64,000 nucleotides of DNA. Origin: Myxococcota bacterium. Lineage in GTDB: Bacteria; Myxococcota_A; UBA9160; UBA4427. Shown piece by piece: positions 1-10,301 of this stretch. The stretch covers positions 3,712,001 to 3,776,000 of the forward strand of contig OZ252299.1 of assembly GCA_965250285.1 (NCBI GenBank). The letters run 5' to 3'. The notes under the pieces are model-generated. The model had not been told where the DNA came from and made no database searches. It was given only the letters and a program-made list of their open reading frames with translations. Each line of letters starts with the position of its first letter. Position 1 is the stretch's first letter. The translations under genes and the position numbers were made by a program.

Positions 1-771
1 CGGGGTCTCGGTCTTCTGCATGACCATGGGCATCTCACGCATCGGCCGACCAAAGCCGAGCTGGTACACCGCCCAGCTCGCCTCGAGATGATCGATATCC
101 TCGAAGGGCTCGCACATGAACGCATAGTCCTCTTCCGCGAATGCGCCCTCCGACGCCCAGAGCCTGTGCTCGTAGAAGTCGCGCACGTAGCGATGACAGC
201 GCTCGGGGGTGTCGAGCTCGGCGCGGAGTGCAGCCGGGTCCCGCCCCTGTCGCACGCGGTAGTCGCCCGTCGGGCCCTCTTCGAGGGGCGCCATCGTGAG
301 TCCGTGCGCGGCGTACCACTCGGCTTCTTCCGGCACGATCGGGGCCGCGGTGTTGAAGAGAATCATGCGGTCGACGAAGCCGGGGAATCGATTCGCCAGA
401 TCGACGATGACCATCCCGCCGACGTCGCCCGCGACGAGGCCGACACGCTCGTGGCCGAGGATCTCGTGCGCGAGCGTGTGCACATCGCGTGAGTAGAAGA
501 CGAGGTCGTACTCGTCCTTCGACGAGAGATCGGAGTCGCCGTAGCCGCGAAGATCGGGAACGATCACCTCGTAGCCGGCTTCGACGAGCGGGCGGATGTT
601 GCGCCACCAGATCCGCTTCGTCTCGGGATACCCGTGCAGCAGAACGAGCGGATAGCCACCCACACCCTCACGTACGTATGCGATTCGAAGGTCGGGCTCG
701 ACCTCGGCGAAGTGGATCTCGAACGCATCGGGGGCAGGCGTTTCGGGCTGCGCGGGGCGCGGAGCGCTCAT
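1..771 (-). CDS. Alpha/beta hydrolase, epoxide hydrolase/dehalogenase-like (3' end runs off window)
   Basis: Absent from ORF track; manual translation from ATG 771 gives MSAPRPAQ...LVLLHGYPETKRIW...PDLRGYGDS...AGDVGG (HGxP, DLRGYG and Asp nucleophile elbow). Confidence 0.85.
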   Translation of the reverse strand, partial: MSAPRPAQPETPAPDAFEIHFAEVEPDLRIAYVREGVGGYPLVLLHGYPETKRIWWRNIRPLVEAGYEVIVPDLRGYGDSDLSSKDEYDLVFYSRDVHTLAHEILGHERVGLVAGDVGGMVIVDLANRFPGFVDRMILFNTAAPIVPEEAEWYAAHGLTMAPLEEGPTGDYRVRQGRDPAALRAELDTPERCHRYVRDFYEHRLWASEGAFAEEDYAFMCEPFEDIDHLEASWAVYQLGFGRPMREMPMVMQKTETP

Positions 772-1206
772 CTTGGATCCCTCTCATGGGTTGTGCGTCG
801 AACATCGAACACGCGGGGTCGCTCGCCGGCTGCCGAACCGGCCTCGATTCGCGGCGAGACTTCGACGCGATCGAGCGATGGCGTAGCGCGGATACGCGGG
901 CGTGCACGTCGACCAACGTGATGATCGCGCCGGGCCCGGGCCGGCAGAGGGTGCGCTCCACCACAGTCGATGCGCCGGTCTTCGCACGGCGAAGCCGCGG
1001 CCTCTCTTTCGGCGGCGCGGCGCGGACCGCACGGCGCTTCGAGCGCTCGCGGACGCCACGCGCGTTCGCCCATTCGGGCGGAACAAGTGACGCAGAGCAC
1101 CAAACAGCCGGGCCCGGCGGGTGCGATCCTTTCCTATTGTCCCGGTGTCACAATGACCGCCTCGGCTATGGGGCGCTCCGCAGATGGGCGATGAACTCGC
1201 GACAGA

Positions 1207-1821
1207 ATGAAGATGACCTTACGGCCCCCCCGCCTTCGCGCCCTCGCCTATTCGGCACTCGTCTGCTTGCTGCCTGCGTGCACGCTGTTCTCTGGCGGCG
1301 CGCCGCCGCCGGAACCCGTCGTTGAGCCACTGCCGCCGCCGACGCGTGTCGTTTGTGCCGAGCCCGTCCCGCCCGCGGTGAAGGAGACCGGCCCTCTGAC
1401 GATCGGTGCCACCGAGCGCGTGATCCTCCAACCAGAGGGGATCGCGTTCGAGGCGCGCATCGACACGGGGGCGGAGACCTCTTCGATGGGTGCGGCCAAC
1501 ATCACCGAGTTCGAACGCGACGGGAAGACCTGGGTGAGCTTCGATGTGACCGGTCAGGGCGGCACGACCGAAGAGATCAAGCGACCCGTCGTGCGCTTCG
1601 CCCGGATCAAGGTGCATCGCGGTGAGCCCGACCGCCGTCCGGTCGTCAAGCTTCGCGTGATGCTCGGCCCGCTGGAAGAGATGCGTGAGTTCACGCTCGC
1701 CGATCGTTCCCAGTACGAGTATCCGGTGCTGATCGGGCGCAACTTCATCCGCGACAACGCCCTGGTGGACGTCAGTCGCGAGAACACGCAGCGCCCCGCT
1801 CGCCGCAGCGAGAGCCGGTAG
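1207..1821 (+). CDS. Retropepsin-like aspartic protease (RimK/LysX-associated 'ATP-dependent Zn protease' family), probable lipoprotein
   Basis: Lipobox-like LLPAC; ARIDTGAETSS, RRPVV, EFTLADRS, PVLIGRNF motifs. Confidence 0.85.
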   Translation: MKMTLRPPRLRALAYSALVCLLPACTLFSGGAPPPEPVVEPLPPPTRVVCAEPVPPAVKETGPLTIGATERVILQPEGIAFEARIDTGAETSSMGAANITEFERDGKTWVSFDVTGQGGTTEEIKRPVVRFARIKVHRGEPDRRPVVKLRVMLGPLEEMREFTLADRSQYEYPVLIGRNFIRDNALVDVSRENTQRPARRSESR

Positions 1822-1827
1822 CACACG

Positions 1828-3372
1828 GTGTCCCCCCGCCTTCAGCTCTCGGTGGTGATCGCGCTGTTGGTGGCGCTCGGTTCGGGGCTCGCGATCTACA
1901 AGAGCCGCGTGCTGGGGTTTCCCTTCGTCCCGGGTGAGGCGACCCGTGTCTTCGTGGCCGAGGCGAAGATCGAGTTCGAGGCGGAGGGGAAGCCCGTCCT
2001 GGTCTCGTTCGCGCTGCCCGAAGACACGCGCACGCTTCGCGTCACCGACGCGAACTTTGCATCGCCCGGCTACGGCTTCTTGCGACAGAAGATCTCGGGT
2101 GACAGCCGCGGCGTGTGGAGCAAGCGCGAAGCCAGCGGCTCGCAGACGCTCTACTACCAGGCGCACGTCTTTGCGTCGCCCGGCAACCCGCCAGCCGACG
2201 ACGAAGAGGCGCCGCCGACGCCAGAGCCGCCCTTCTTCGAAGAGCCGCAGAAGACGGCCGCGCGCGCCGTCGTCGATGCCGCGTACAACCGGTCGGCCTC
2301 ACCCGAGACGCTCGCCGGCGATCTCATGCGTCGGCTCAACGAAGCGGCGCCTTCTCAGAACGTCGAGCTGCTCGTGGGCGACGTCGAGACGGCGGAGCAG
2401 CAGGTCGCGCTCGAGGTCAAGCTGCTCGCCCTGGCCGAGATCTCGGCGCGGGTCGTCCGCGGGATCCAGCTCGAAGACGGCCGCCGACGCCAGAAGCTCG
2501 TCGAGTGGCTCGAGATCTGGAACGGCGACGAGTGGGTCCCCGTCGACCCCGAGACGGGTCAGCTCGGCTTTCCGCCGAGCTTCCTGCCCTGGCAGCGGGG
2601 CGGAGAGTCGTTGCTCGACGTCACCGGTGGCCACGGATCGAGCGTCCGCTTCTCGACCCTCTCCGAGCTGCGGCCCGCGCGTGCGACGGCGGTCTCGATC
2701 GGCGCGAGAGAGCACGCCGCGCTCGTCGACTTCTCGATCTACAGCCTCCCGATCGAAGACCAGAACGCCTTCAAGCTGCTCCTCCTCGTGCCCATGGGCG
2801 CCCTGGTGGTCGTCGTCATGCGTAACCTGATCGGCGTGCGGACGAGCGGGACGTTCATGCCGATCCTCATCGCCCTGGCCTTCATTCAGACGACGCTGGT
2901 CACGGGCCTCGTGCTCTTCGTGTTGATCGTGTCGATCGGCCTGCTGATCCGCGCGTATCTCTCGCGCCTCGACCTACTACTCGTGCCGCGCATCGCGGCC
3001 ATCGTGATCGTCGTGATCCTGCTCTTCGGTGCGTTCGCCATCGTGAGCCACAAGCTCCAGCTCGAGGGCGGCCTGCGCGTGACCTTCTTCCCGATGATCA
3101 TCATGGCGTGGACGATCGAGCGCATGAGCGTGCTCTGGGACGAGGACGGCCCGGTCGAGGTGCTGGTGCAGGGGTCGGGCAGCCTGGTCGTGGCGACGCT
3201 CGCCTACCTGGTCATGGTGAACCGCTACGTCGCACACCTCACCTATTCGTTCCCCGAGCTGCTCCTGGTGGTCCTGGCGCTGATCCTCGCGATCGGCCAG
3301 TACACGGGCTACCGGCTCACCGAGCTGCGGCGCTTCGAGCCCCTCGTGCGCGAGGGCGACTCGCCGTCATGA
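1828..3372 (+). CDS. Inactive transglutaminase fused to 7-TM domain
   Basis: N-terminal anchor; C-terminal multi-TM region RNLIGVRTSGTFMP...FFPMIIMAWTIER...YTGYRLTELRRF; typical position between protease and ligase. Confidence 0.85.
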   Translation: MSPRLQLSVVIALLVALGSGLAIYKSRVLGFPFVPGEATRVFVAEAKIEFEAEGKPVLVSFALPEDTRTLRVTDANFASPGYGFLRQKISGDSRGVWSKREASGSQTLYYQAHVFASPGNPPADDEEAPPTPEPPFFEEPQKTAARAVVDAAYNRSASPETLAGDLMRRLNEAAPSQNVELLVGDVETAEQQVALEVKLLALAEISARVVRGIQLEDGRRRQKLVEWLEIWNGDEWVPVDPETGQLGFPPSFLPWQRGGESLLDVTGGHGSSVRFSTLSELRPARATAVSIGAREHAALVDFSIYSLPIEDQNAFKLLLLVPMGALVVVVMRNLIGVRTSGTFMPILIALAFIQTTLVTGLVLFVLIVSIGLLIRAYLSRLDLLLVPRIAAIVIVVILLFGAFAIVSHKLQLEGGLRVTFFPMIIMAWTIERMSVLWDEDGPVEVLVQGSGSLVVATLAYLVMVNRYVAHLTYSFPELLLVVLALILAIGQYTGYRLTELRRFEPLVREGDSPS

Positions 3373-4316
3373 GCCTCTTTGCATGGCCGCGGCAGCTGCG
3401 CGAGTTCGGGGTGCTCGGCATGAACGCCCGCAACGTTCGGTACATCGCGCGGCACAACCCGCGTCCCCTCTACCCGCGCGTCGATGACAAGCTCGAGACG
3501 AAGCGGTTGGCCGAAGATGCCGATCTCGCCGTGCCGAAGCTGCTCGGCGTCGTCCGCTATCAGCATCAGGTCCGTGAGCTGCCCGGCTTTCTCGAAGGCC
3601 TCGACCAGTTCGTGATCAAGCCGGCGAAGGGGGCAGCGGGCAAGGGCATCCTCGTGGTGCAGGGAAGGCAGGACGGGCTGTACCAGAAGCCGAGCGGCGC
3701 GCTGGTCGGCGAGCAGGACGTGGCTCGGCACGTCACGAGCATCCTCGCCGGGCTCTTCAGCCTGGGCGGCAAGCCCGACGTCGCGATGGTCGAATCGCTC
3801 GTCCACCTCGCGCCCACCTTCGACGGCTACTCCTACCAGGGCGTGCCCGACATTCGAACCGTCGTCTTTCGGGGCTACCCGGTCATGGCGATGGTGCGCC
3901 TCTCGACCGAGGCTTCGGATGGTCGAGCCAACCTGCACCAGGGCGCCGTCGGCGTGGGGCTCGACATCGCCACCGGACGAACCCTTCGGGCCGTGCAGGG
4001 AGGCCAACCGGTCGACGCGCATCCCGACACCGGGAGCGCGTTCGGGAAGCTCGAGATTCCGCACTGGCGTGAGCTGCTCGTGCTGGCCAGCCAATGCTTC
4101 GACGTCACGGGCCTGGGCTTTCTTGGCGTCGACATCGTGCTCGACGCGCATCGAGGCCCGCTCATTCTCGAGCTGAATGCGCGCCCGGGCCTCGCGATCC
4201 AGGTCGCCAACCGCGCGGGCCTCGCGCCCCGGCTGCGCGACATCGAGCGCCTCGACGAGATTGCGAAGCGGCCCGAGGCGCGGGTCGACTACGCGGTGCG
4301 GCGCTGGGGCGCCTGA
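3369..4316 (+). CDS. Alpha-L-glutamate ligase-like ATP-grasp protein
   Basis: ATG 3369 overlaps upstream stop (ATGA); GVLGMNARN, VDDKL, FVIKPAKG, GVPDIR, ANLHQG, LELNARPGLAIQ. Confidence 0.9.
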   Translation: MSLFAWPRQLREFGVLGMNARNVRYIARHNPRPLYPRVDDKLETKRLAEDADLAVPKLLGVVRYQHQVRELPGFLEGLDQFVIKPAKGAAGKGILVVQGRQDGLYQKPSGALVGEQDVARHVTSILAGLFSLGGKPDVAMVESLVHLAPTFDGYSYQGVPDIRTVVFRGYPVMAMVRLSTEASDGRANLHQGAVGVGLDIATGRTLRAVQGGQPVDAHPDTGSAFGKLEIPHWRELLVLASQCFDVTGLGFLGVDIVLDAHRGPLILELNARPGLAIQVANRAGLAPRLRDIERLDEIAKRPEARVDYAVRRWGA

Positions 4317-4411
4317 GCGAGCGTCCTCGTCGGGCGCGCTCCGGCCGAGCTGTCTCGCCCCCTCCAATCGACGGATCGACCTGTAACAATTCGATATTCC
4401 TCAAGTAAATA

Positions 4412-4445
4412 AAATACATACATCGATGAATAAATTTGCTACCGT
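4412..4445 (+). promoter_or_regulatory. Probable TetR operator plus extended -10 (leaderless start)
   Basis: AT-rich imperfect palindrome AAATACATACATC|GATGAATAAATTT (4412-4437); TGcTACCGT ends 6 nt before ATG 4452; no SD. Confidence 0.5.
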
Positions 4446-4451
4446 GCCGTC

Positions 4452-5048
4452 ATGCAGCGACGCACTCAGGCACAGCGATCGGCAGCGACCCGCGAGGCCC
4501 TCGTCGAGGCGACGCTCGATCTGCTGGTCGATCACGGCTGGGCGGGCGTCACATCGGTCGCGGTCTGCGCGCGCGCAGGCCTGACCCGCGGCGCCTTCGT
4601 GCATCACTTCGATGGGCTGCCCGCGCTGTTCGCCGCCGCGCTCGAGCACCGCTACGCCGCGCTCGCCGAAGCCGCGACGGCGCGTCCAACCCCGGCGTCG
4701 ATCACCGATCTGGTGACGTTCACGTGGGAGTCGATGACGACGATCGACTTCAAGGTCGTCATCGAAGCCTGGCTCGCGGCTGCCAACGACGAGGCCCTCG
4801 GTGAAGCCATCGGCCCCGTGATCGAGCGCTTCGCCAAGCTGGTCCATCCCGAGCAGCAGTCGGTTCTGCTGAGCGACGAGAGCGCCCAGGCGTTCTTCTT
4901 GCTCGCGCGCGAGAGCATGCTCGGGCTCTCACTCGGGCGCGCCACCAATCGGGCGCCGCTCGCCCACGAGGCCCGCGTGCTCGAGCAGCTGCACCGGCTC
5001 GCAGACCAACACGACGCCCGACTCGGGCACGAAGGAGCCCAATCGTGA
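4452..5048 (+). CDS. TetR/AcrR family regulator
   Basis: MQRRTQAQRSAATREAL...VCARAGLTRGAFVHHF HTH. Confidence 0.9.
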   Translation: MQRRTQAQRSAATREALVEATLDLLVDHGWAGVTSVAVCARAGLTRGAFVHHFDGLPALFAAALEHRYAALAEAATARPTPASITDLVTFTWESMTTIDFKVVIEAWLAAANDEALGEAIGPVIERFAKLVHPEQQSVLLSDESAQAFFLLARESMLGLSLGRATNRAPLAHEARVLEQLHRLADQHDARLGHEGAQS

Positions 5049-7258
5049 CGACGAAGCCCGACTCGAACGAGCGCACCGGCTACTCGATCTGCTCGATCTG
5101 CGACATCGGCTGTCAGTTCCGCACCACCGCCGTCGACGGCCGGGTCGAACGCATTCGCGCGCATGACTCCCCCGCCCTCGCCAAGAACATCTGTTACAAG
5201 GGCACGGCCGCACCGCACATCCACAACCACGCCGAGCGGCTGCGCGTGCCGCTCAAGCGCGTGGGTGCCCGCGGTGAGGACCGCTGGGAAGAGATCTCGT
5301 ACGAGCAGGCCATGAACGAGATCGCCGAGCGCCTGCACGGTGTGATCGACACATACGGCCCGGAAGCCTTCGCGGTGTCGACGTCGGGCTGGAACACCCA
5401 GGTGACCAACGGGCTCGACCGGCGGTTCATGAATCTGCTGGGCGCGCCGAACTGGATCTCGGGCGTCTCGCTCTGTGCGGGCAACACGGCCGCGGTGAAC
5501 CGACTCACGTACGGCTGGATGCCCTTCCCCGACATCGGCAACGCGAACTGTATCGTGCTGCTGGGCCACAACCCGCGCAAGCACTCGTGGACCCCGATCT
5601 ACAACCAGATCGAGAGCGCGCGCAAGCGCGGCGCGACGACGATCGTGGTCGACCCCCGCATCTCCGAGCAGGCCGAGCGCGCGACGCTCCACCTGCAAAT
5701 TCGTGCGGGCACCGATGCGGCGCTGCTGCTCGGCTGGACCAAGGTCATCATCGACGAGGGGCTCTACGACAAGGATTTCGTCCGCGACTTCTGCGTCGGC
5801 TTCCAGGCGCTCTGCGATCGCGTCGACGAGTATCCGCTCGACCGCGTCGCCGAGATCACCGGCGTCGATGCCGAGTCGATCGCCGAAGCGGCGCGCATGT
5901 ACGCCAACGCCGATGGGGCCGTCATCCCCTGGACGCCCATCACCGATCAGCAGCTCGACTCGACCTCGGGCATCCGGCTGCAGTCGATTCTGCGCGCGAT
6001 CACCGGCAATCTCGACGTCGTCGGCGGAGAGAGCCTCGGCGGGATCAACCCCGACTTCCGCACCGAGGCCGAGCTTCATCTGCACGACGTCATCTCGCCC
6101 GAGCAGCGCGCGAAGCAGCTCGGCTACGAGAAGCACCCCGTCTACACCTACCGAACGGCCGAGATCCTGAAGCCGCACATGGAGCGGGTGTGGGGCGCAC
6201 CGTGGGTCGACCAGGTGATGGGCTGCCACATGGCGAACCCCACCGAAGTCTTCCGCGCGATGGCCGACGGCGACCCGTATCCGGTCAAGGCCTTCTTCGT
6301 GCTCGGCAACAACGCCCTGCTCTCGTACCCGAATCAGCACCAGATCCACCGCGGGATGCTGAATCAGGATCTCATCGTCGCACACGAGATCTTCATGACG
6401 CCGACCGCCATGCTGGCCGACTACGTCCTGCCGGGCGACGTCTTCAGCGAACGCAATCACATCGCCGACAGCTGGGCCTGGACCTCGCGCCTCGCGCTGA
6501 ACGAGCAGATCGCCGAACCGCCCGAGCAGGCGAGCTCGACGTTCCGCTTCTGGACCGACCTCGCTCACCGGATGAACCTGGGCGAGCACTTTCCGTGGCG
6601 GTCGGTCGAAGAGCTGCTCGACTACCGGCTCGAGCCTTCCGGCCAGACGTTCGAGGTGTTCCGCAAGTCGAAGCTGATGGACATGCCGATTCCGCAGTTT
6701 CGCAAGTACCGAAAGACCGGCTTCGCCACGCCGTCGGGCAAGGTCGAGCTCGCGTCGTCGATCCTCGCCGATCTCGGCTTCGACCCTCTGCCCTATCACC
6801 GACCCGCGCCCGAGCCGAGCGCGGACTATCCCTACCTGGTCTTCTCGGGTGTGCGTGAAGATCCGTTCTTCCAGACTGGACAACGCAACATCGGCGTCCT
6901 GCGGCGGCGTTCGCCGGCGCCACAGTTCTTCGTGCACCCCGTCGACGCCGCTCGCGATGGCCTCGAAGAAGGCGGCTGGGCGCGACTCGAGACCGAGCAT
7001 GGCCACGTGTACGCGAAGATCAGCGTGCAGGACGGCATGCGACCGGGGCACGTCCGCGTGCCGCACGGGTGGTGGTACCCCGAGACGCGGGGCAGCGTCG
7101 ATCTCGCGGGCGCGTTCGTCTCGTCCGATGCGGTGCTGACGACCGACACCGACGAACTCCTCGACCGCGAGCAGGGGATTCCGCACTTCAAGGGCTACCC
7201 GGGTCGGCTCGTCGCGTGTGATCCGCCGGCGGGCATGTCGGCGACGACGCTGGGGTGA
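5045..7258 (+). CDS. Mo/W-bisPGD oxidoreductase, acetylene-hydratase-like
   Basis: GTGA overlap with TetR; CxxCDxxC...CxK 4Fe-4S motif, RRFMNLLGAPNW...LCAGNT, MANPT, PYPVKAFF, ATPSGKVEL, HGWW; no Tat signal seen. Confidence 0.85.
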   Translation: MTTKPDSNERTGYSICSICDIGCQFRTTAVDGRVERIRAHDSPALAKNICYKGTAAPHIHNHAERLRVPLKRVGARGEDRWEEISYEQAMNEIAERLHGVIDTYGPEAFAVSTSGWNTQVTNGLDRRFMNLLGAPNWISGVSLCAGNTAAVNRLTYGWMPFPDIGNANCIVLLGHNPRKHSWTPIYNQIESARKRGATTIVVDPRISEQAERATLHLQIRAGTDAALLLGWTKVIIDEGLYDKDFVRDFCVGFQALCDRVDEYPLDRVAEITGVDAESIAEAARMYANADGAVIPWTPITDQQLDSTSGIRLQSILRAITGNLDVVGGESLGGINPDFRTEAELHLHDVISPEQRAKQLGYEKHPVYTYRTAEILKPHMERVWGAPWVDQVMGCHMANPTEVFRAMADGDPYPVKAFFVLGNNALLSYPNQHQIHRGMLNQDLIVAHEIFMTPTAMLADYVLPGDVFSERNHIADSWAWTSRLALNEQIAEPPEQASSTFRFWTDLAHRMNLGEHFPWRSVEELLDYRLEPSGQTFEVFRKSKLMDMPIPQFRKYRKTGFATPSGKVELASSILADLGFDPLPYHRPAPEPSADYPYLVFSGVREDPFFQTGQRNIGVLRRRSPAPQFFVHPVDAARDGLEEGGWARLETEHGHVYAKISVQDGMRPGHVRVPHGWWYPETRGSVDLAGAFVSSDAVLTTDTDELLDREQGIPHFKGYPGRLVACDPPAGMSATTLG

Positions 7259-7262
7259 TGCG

Positions 7263-7466
7263 ATGACGACGCGAAACGAACGCGATCAATGGCTGCGAGA
7301 GCTCAAGGAGTCGCTGATGACCCGCGTCGCGAAGCGCGCGCTCTCGACGCGCACGACCGGTCTCGACGGCATGGCCAAGTCGTTGCTGGCGCGCAGCGCG
7401 AGCAGCGGTGGCGAGCCCGACCCCGAGCTCGAGCATCCCGACGACTGGGACCGACCGATCGACTGA
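7263..7466 (+). CDS. Small hypothetical protein (67 aa)
   Basis: ATG 4 nt after oxidoreductase stop; MTTRNERDQWLRELKESLM...PDDWDRPID, host-like codon use. Confidence 0.55.
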   Translation: MTTRNERDQWLRELKESLMTRVAKRALSTRTTGLDGMAKSLLARSASSGGEPDPELEHPDDWDRPID

Positions 7467-7631
7467 CGTCGAGTGCGCCGCCGCTGCGCCGTTCTTCGGG
7501 CGCGTCCCGGTCGAGTCGATGCGCCGAGCGCGACCGGGCCACTCCGCCTCGGTGTGCCGACTCGATCTCACCTGTTCGCATCGCCGATGCCCGTTTCGCG
7601 TCGCGACGCGAGCTGCGCGAAGCTCGCAGCG

Positions 7632-8624
7632 ATGCCCCGCCTGCTCCTCCGACTGTTGATCGTGTCCTGGTCCCTGTTGGGGGGGACGACTGCGCAGGCT
7701 CAGATCGTGGCCGTCGGTGATCCGATCTCGGCTTTCACGCTCGACGACATCTCCGAATCACTGATCTCCCTTGGCAGCTTCAACGTCTCACCCGGAGTTG
7801 CTGGAGCGCGCGTCAAAGGCGACTCGGGCAGCGACCTTACTCCGTTCGACATCGCGCGAGGCTCGATCGAGATCCCGATGTGGTTCTCGACGCCGATCGA
7901 CTGGCTCAGCGTGTTCGCCGAGGTGGGCTACGGCTCGGTGCGGCTCGAAACTCGGTTCGGCTTCGAGAACACGTCGGGCGAGCAGGTCGACGTTCACTCC
8001 GAGATTCGGGTGCGCACAGGTCGGATCGGTCTGGGCGTCGACTTTCTCGTGGCGCCCGACCTGCACATCACCCCGTTCTTCCTGGCCGCGATCACCGGGA
8101 TCAGCTCTGATCCGACGCTCTCGACGGGACCGGTCGATCCGGCGGTACTCAGTGATTCTGAAGTGCTGCTCTTCACCGACTGGACCGTCAATGCCTGGAC
8201 CGTCGCGGGCTTGCTCGACGTGCAGTACCTGCCGTGGATCGTGAAGGACAAGCACCGACTCGACTTCACGGCGCGCTACGCATCGCTCTGGTCGAAATCG
8301 TTCAATGAATCGGTCGACGGCGGCTCGGTCTCGGCCCTGCGTCACACGCTCTCGGCCGAGATCCTCTGGCACGTCATCCTGCGTTGGAAGCTGCTCGGGA
8401 GAAATCTGTCGCCGAATCTGTTCACCAACGCGACGACCTTTCCCGGTCAGGATCGCGACGACCTGGGGTTCAATGCGTACTTCGGGGTGGGCGCCGGGAT
8501 CGACCTGTACTCGCCCAAGCCGCTCTTCGGCCTCGTGCGGCGGGACTTCATCGGGGTGCGCGGCGCGGCCGTGCTCGGCAATGGTGTTCGCGGGTGGTCC
8601 GTGGTCGCGTCGATTCGACGCTGA
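7632..8624 (+). CDS. Outer-membrane beta-barrel protein (solitary autotransporter-like barrel)
   Basis: Signal peptide MPRLLLRLLIVSWSLLGGTTAQA; alternating amphipathic strands; C-terminal LGFNAYFGVG...GNGVRGWSV. Confidence 0.6.
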   Translation: MPRLLLRLLIVSWSLLGGTTAQAQIVAVGDPISAFTLDDISESLISLGSFNVSPGVAGARVKGDSGSDLTPFDIARGSIEIPMWFSTPIDWLSVFAEVGYGSVRLETRFGFENTSGEQVDVHSEIRVRTGRIGLGVDFLVAPDLHITPFFLAAITGISSDPTLSTGPVDPAVLSDSEVLLFTDWTVNAWTVAGLLDVQYLPWIVKDKHRLDFTARYASLWSKSFNESVDGGSVSALRHTLSAEILWHVILRWKLLGRNLSPNLFTNATTFPGQDRDDLGFNAYFGVGAGIDLYSPKPLFGLVRRDFIGVRGAAVLGNGVRGWSVVASIRR

Positions 8625-8636
8625 CTGGCGGCACGC

Positions 8637-9572
8637 TCAGACGCCCAGCCCGCGCGCCAACGCGGCGACATGGTCGGCCGCGAATCGTTTGCCCATCGCC
8701 GTCCCCGGCAGCAGCTGGAAGCCGTGGCACGCGTCGGGGTAGACGTGCAGCTCGACCGATACGCCTGCGCCGAGTAGCCGCTTCGCGTAGTCGATGTTCT
8801 CGTCGCGAAAGAGATCGAGGGCCGCGGTGAACATCCAGGTGTGCGGCAGCCCGCGGCAATCCTCGACTCGGGCCGGCACCTGCGGCGCCTCGGCCGGGGC
8901 GTCGCCGAGGTAGCTCTGCCAGCCGAAGCGATTCTGCGCGCGGGTCCAGACGAACTCACCCACCAGCGGGTCGCCCGGCTGCGCCTCGGTGCCGGTGCGA
9001 TCGTCGAGCATCGGATACGTCAGCTGCTGATGGCAGACGGCGTACTCGCCGGCGTCGCGGGCCTTGATCGCGAGGGCTGCCGCGAGGCCTCCGCCTGCGC
9101 TCTCGCCGCCAATGGCGATGCGTTCGCGGTCGATGCGCAGCGCGGCCGCGTTCTCGTGCAGGTACGCGAGCCCCGCATAGCAGTCGTCGAGGGGTGCGGG
9201 GATGGGGTGCTCGGGCGCGAGCCGGTAGTCGACCGAGAGGATGACGACGCCGAGTCGCTTGCAGAGGGCGAGGTTGGTGATGTCCGAGCCTTCGGGCGAG
9301 CCGGTGATGTAGCCGCCGCCGTGGATGTGCACGTAGCCAGGGTGCGCATCGGCGGGCGTCTTCGGCGTATAGAGCAGGCAGCGGACGTCGCCGTCGACGC
9401 CCGGGATCCGGATCTCCTCACGCACGACGCCGGCGCGATCGGGATCACCCATCACGACGCGCTCGGCCCCGACCGAGCGGATCAGCGCGAGGTTGTCGTT
9501 GCTGATCTCGACGGCCGGCATGAGGTCGAGGAGCGGATGGAGCTCTTCGGCGAGCAGCGACTGGGTCGACAT
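8637..9572 (-). CDS. HSL-family esterase/lipase
   Basis: HIHGGG, VDYRLAPEHP, GESAGG, LDLFRDE, HGF. Confidence 0.92.
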   Translation of the reverse strand: MSTQSLLAEELHPLLDLMPAVEISNDNLALIRSVGAERVVMGDPDRAGVVREEIRIPGVDGDVRCLLYTPKTPADAHPGYVHIHGGGYITGSPEGSDITNLALCKRLGVVILSVDYRLAPEHPIPAPLDDCYAGLAYLHENAAALRIDRERIAIGGESAGGGLAAALAIKARDAGEYAVCHQQLTYPMLDDRTGTEAQPGDPLVGEFVWTRAQNRFGWQSYLGDAPAEAPQVPARVEDCRGLPHTWMFTAALDLFRDENIDYAKRLLGAGVSVELHVYPDACHGFQLLPGTAMGKRFAADHVAALARGLGV

Positions 9573-9674
9573 GACACTCCACGTGTGCGCGACGACCGCG
9601 CGAGCGACGGGCGAAGGCGCGCGTCGGGCGTTGCGGTTGCGCGCTGCTTCGGTAGGCCCGAGTCGGCGCCGCGG

Positions 9675-10301
9675 CTACAGCCCGTGCTGCAGCTCCCGCA
9701 GAGCATCTCGCGTCGCGGCCTGGAGGTCGACCCCGGTCGGGTCGGCGAGCCACACCTCCATGGCCGCGTTGCTCGCCGCGTTGAGCGCATGCGTCTGCGT
9801 GCGCACGCGCAGACTGCCCACCGGCTCACCCAGCCGGCGGGCCACATCGGCTGCGATGCGGCTCAGGAACTGCTCGCCCATGGCGATGCCGCGCGGCGCG
9901 AGCTCGGGCGTCGACGCGAGCAGGGCGATGTCGGCCGCCTCGTCGGCGCTGGGCTTGATCTGCGCGACATCGGGGCTCATCGAAACGGCGATACAGGCCT
10001 CGATCGGCGATTCGTGTGCGGGGCGGGCGCAGACCGCCTCGACGATCGCCTGGGCGCGGCGGCGCATGCCCTCGAGCGCAACGCCCTCCTTGCTCTCGAA
10101 GTAGCGAAAGAAGGTGCTCTCCGAGACGTCGGCCGCCTCGGCGATCTCGGCGATGCGGGTCGCGCGAAAGCCCTGCTGCGAAAACAGATCGAGCGCCGCC
10201 CGGTGGAGACGCGCGCGGGTCTGCTGCTTCTTTCGCTCGCGCAGACCGAGCGACACGACCGGGGACGAATCCCGTTCGAGGGAGGTGGCTTCGGGCGTCA
10301 T
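9675..10301 (-). CDS. TetR family regulator
   Basis: GLRERKKQQTR...IAEAADVSESTFFRYFESKE. Confidence 0.92.
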   Translation of the reverse strand: MTPEATSLERDSSPVVSLGLRERKKQQTRARLHRAALDLFSQQGFRATRIAEIAEAADVSESTFFRYFESKEGVALEGMRRRAQAIVEAVCARPAHESPIEACIAVSMSPDVAQIKPSADEAADIALLASTPELAPRGIAMGEQFLSRIAADVARRLGEPVGSLRVRTQTHALNAASNAAMEVWLADPTGVDLQAATRDALRELQHGL

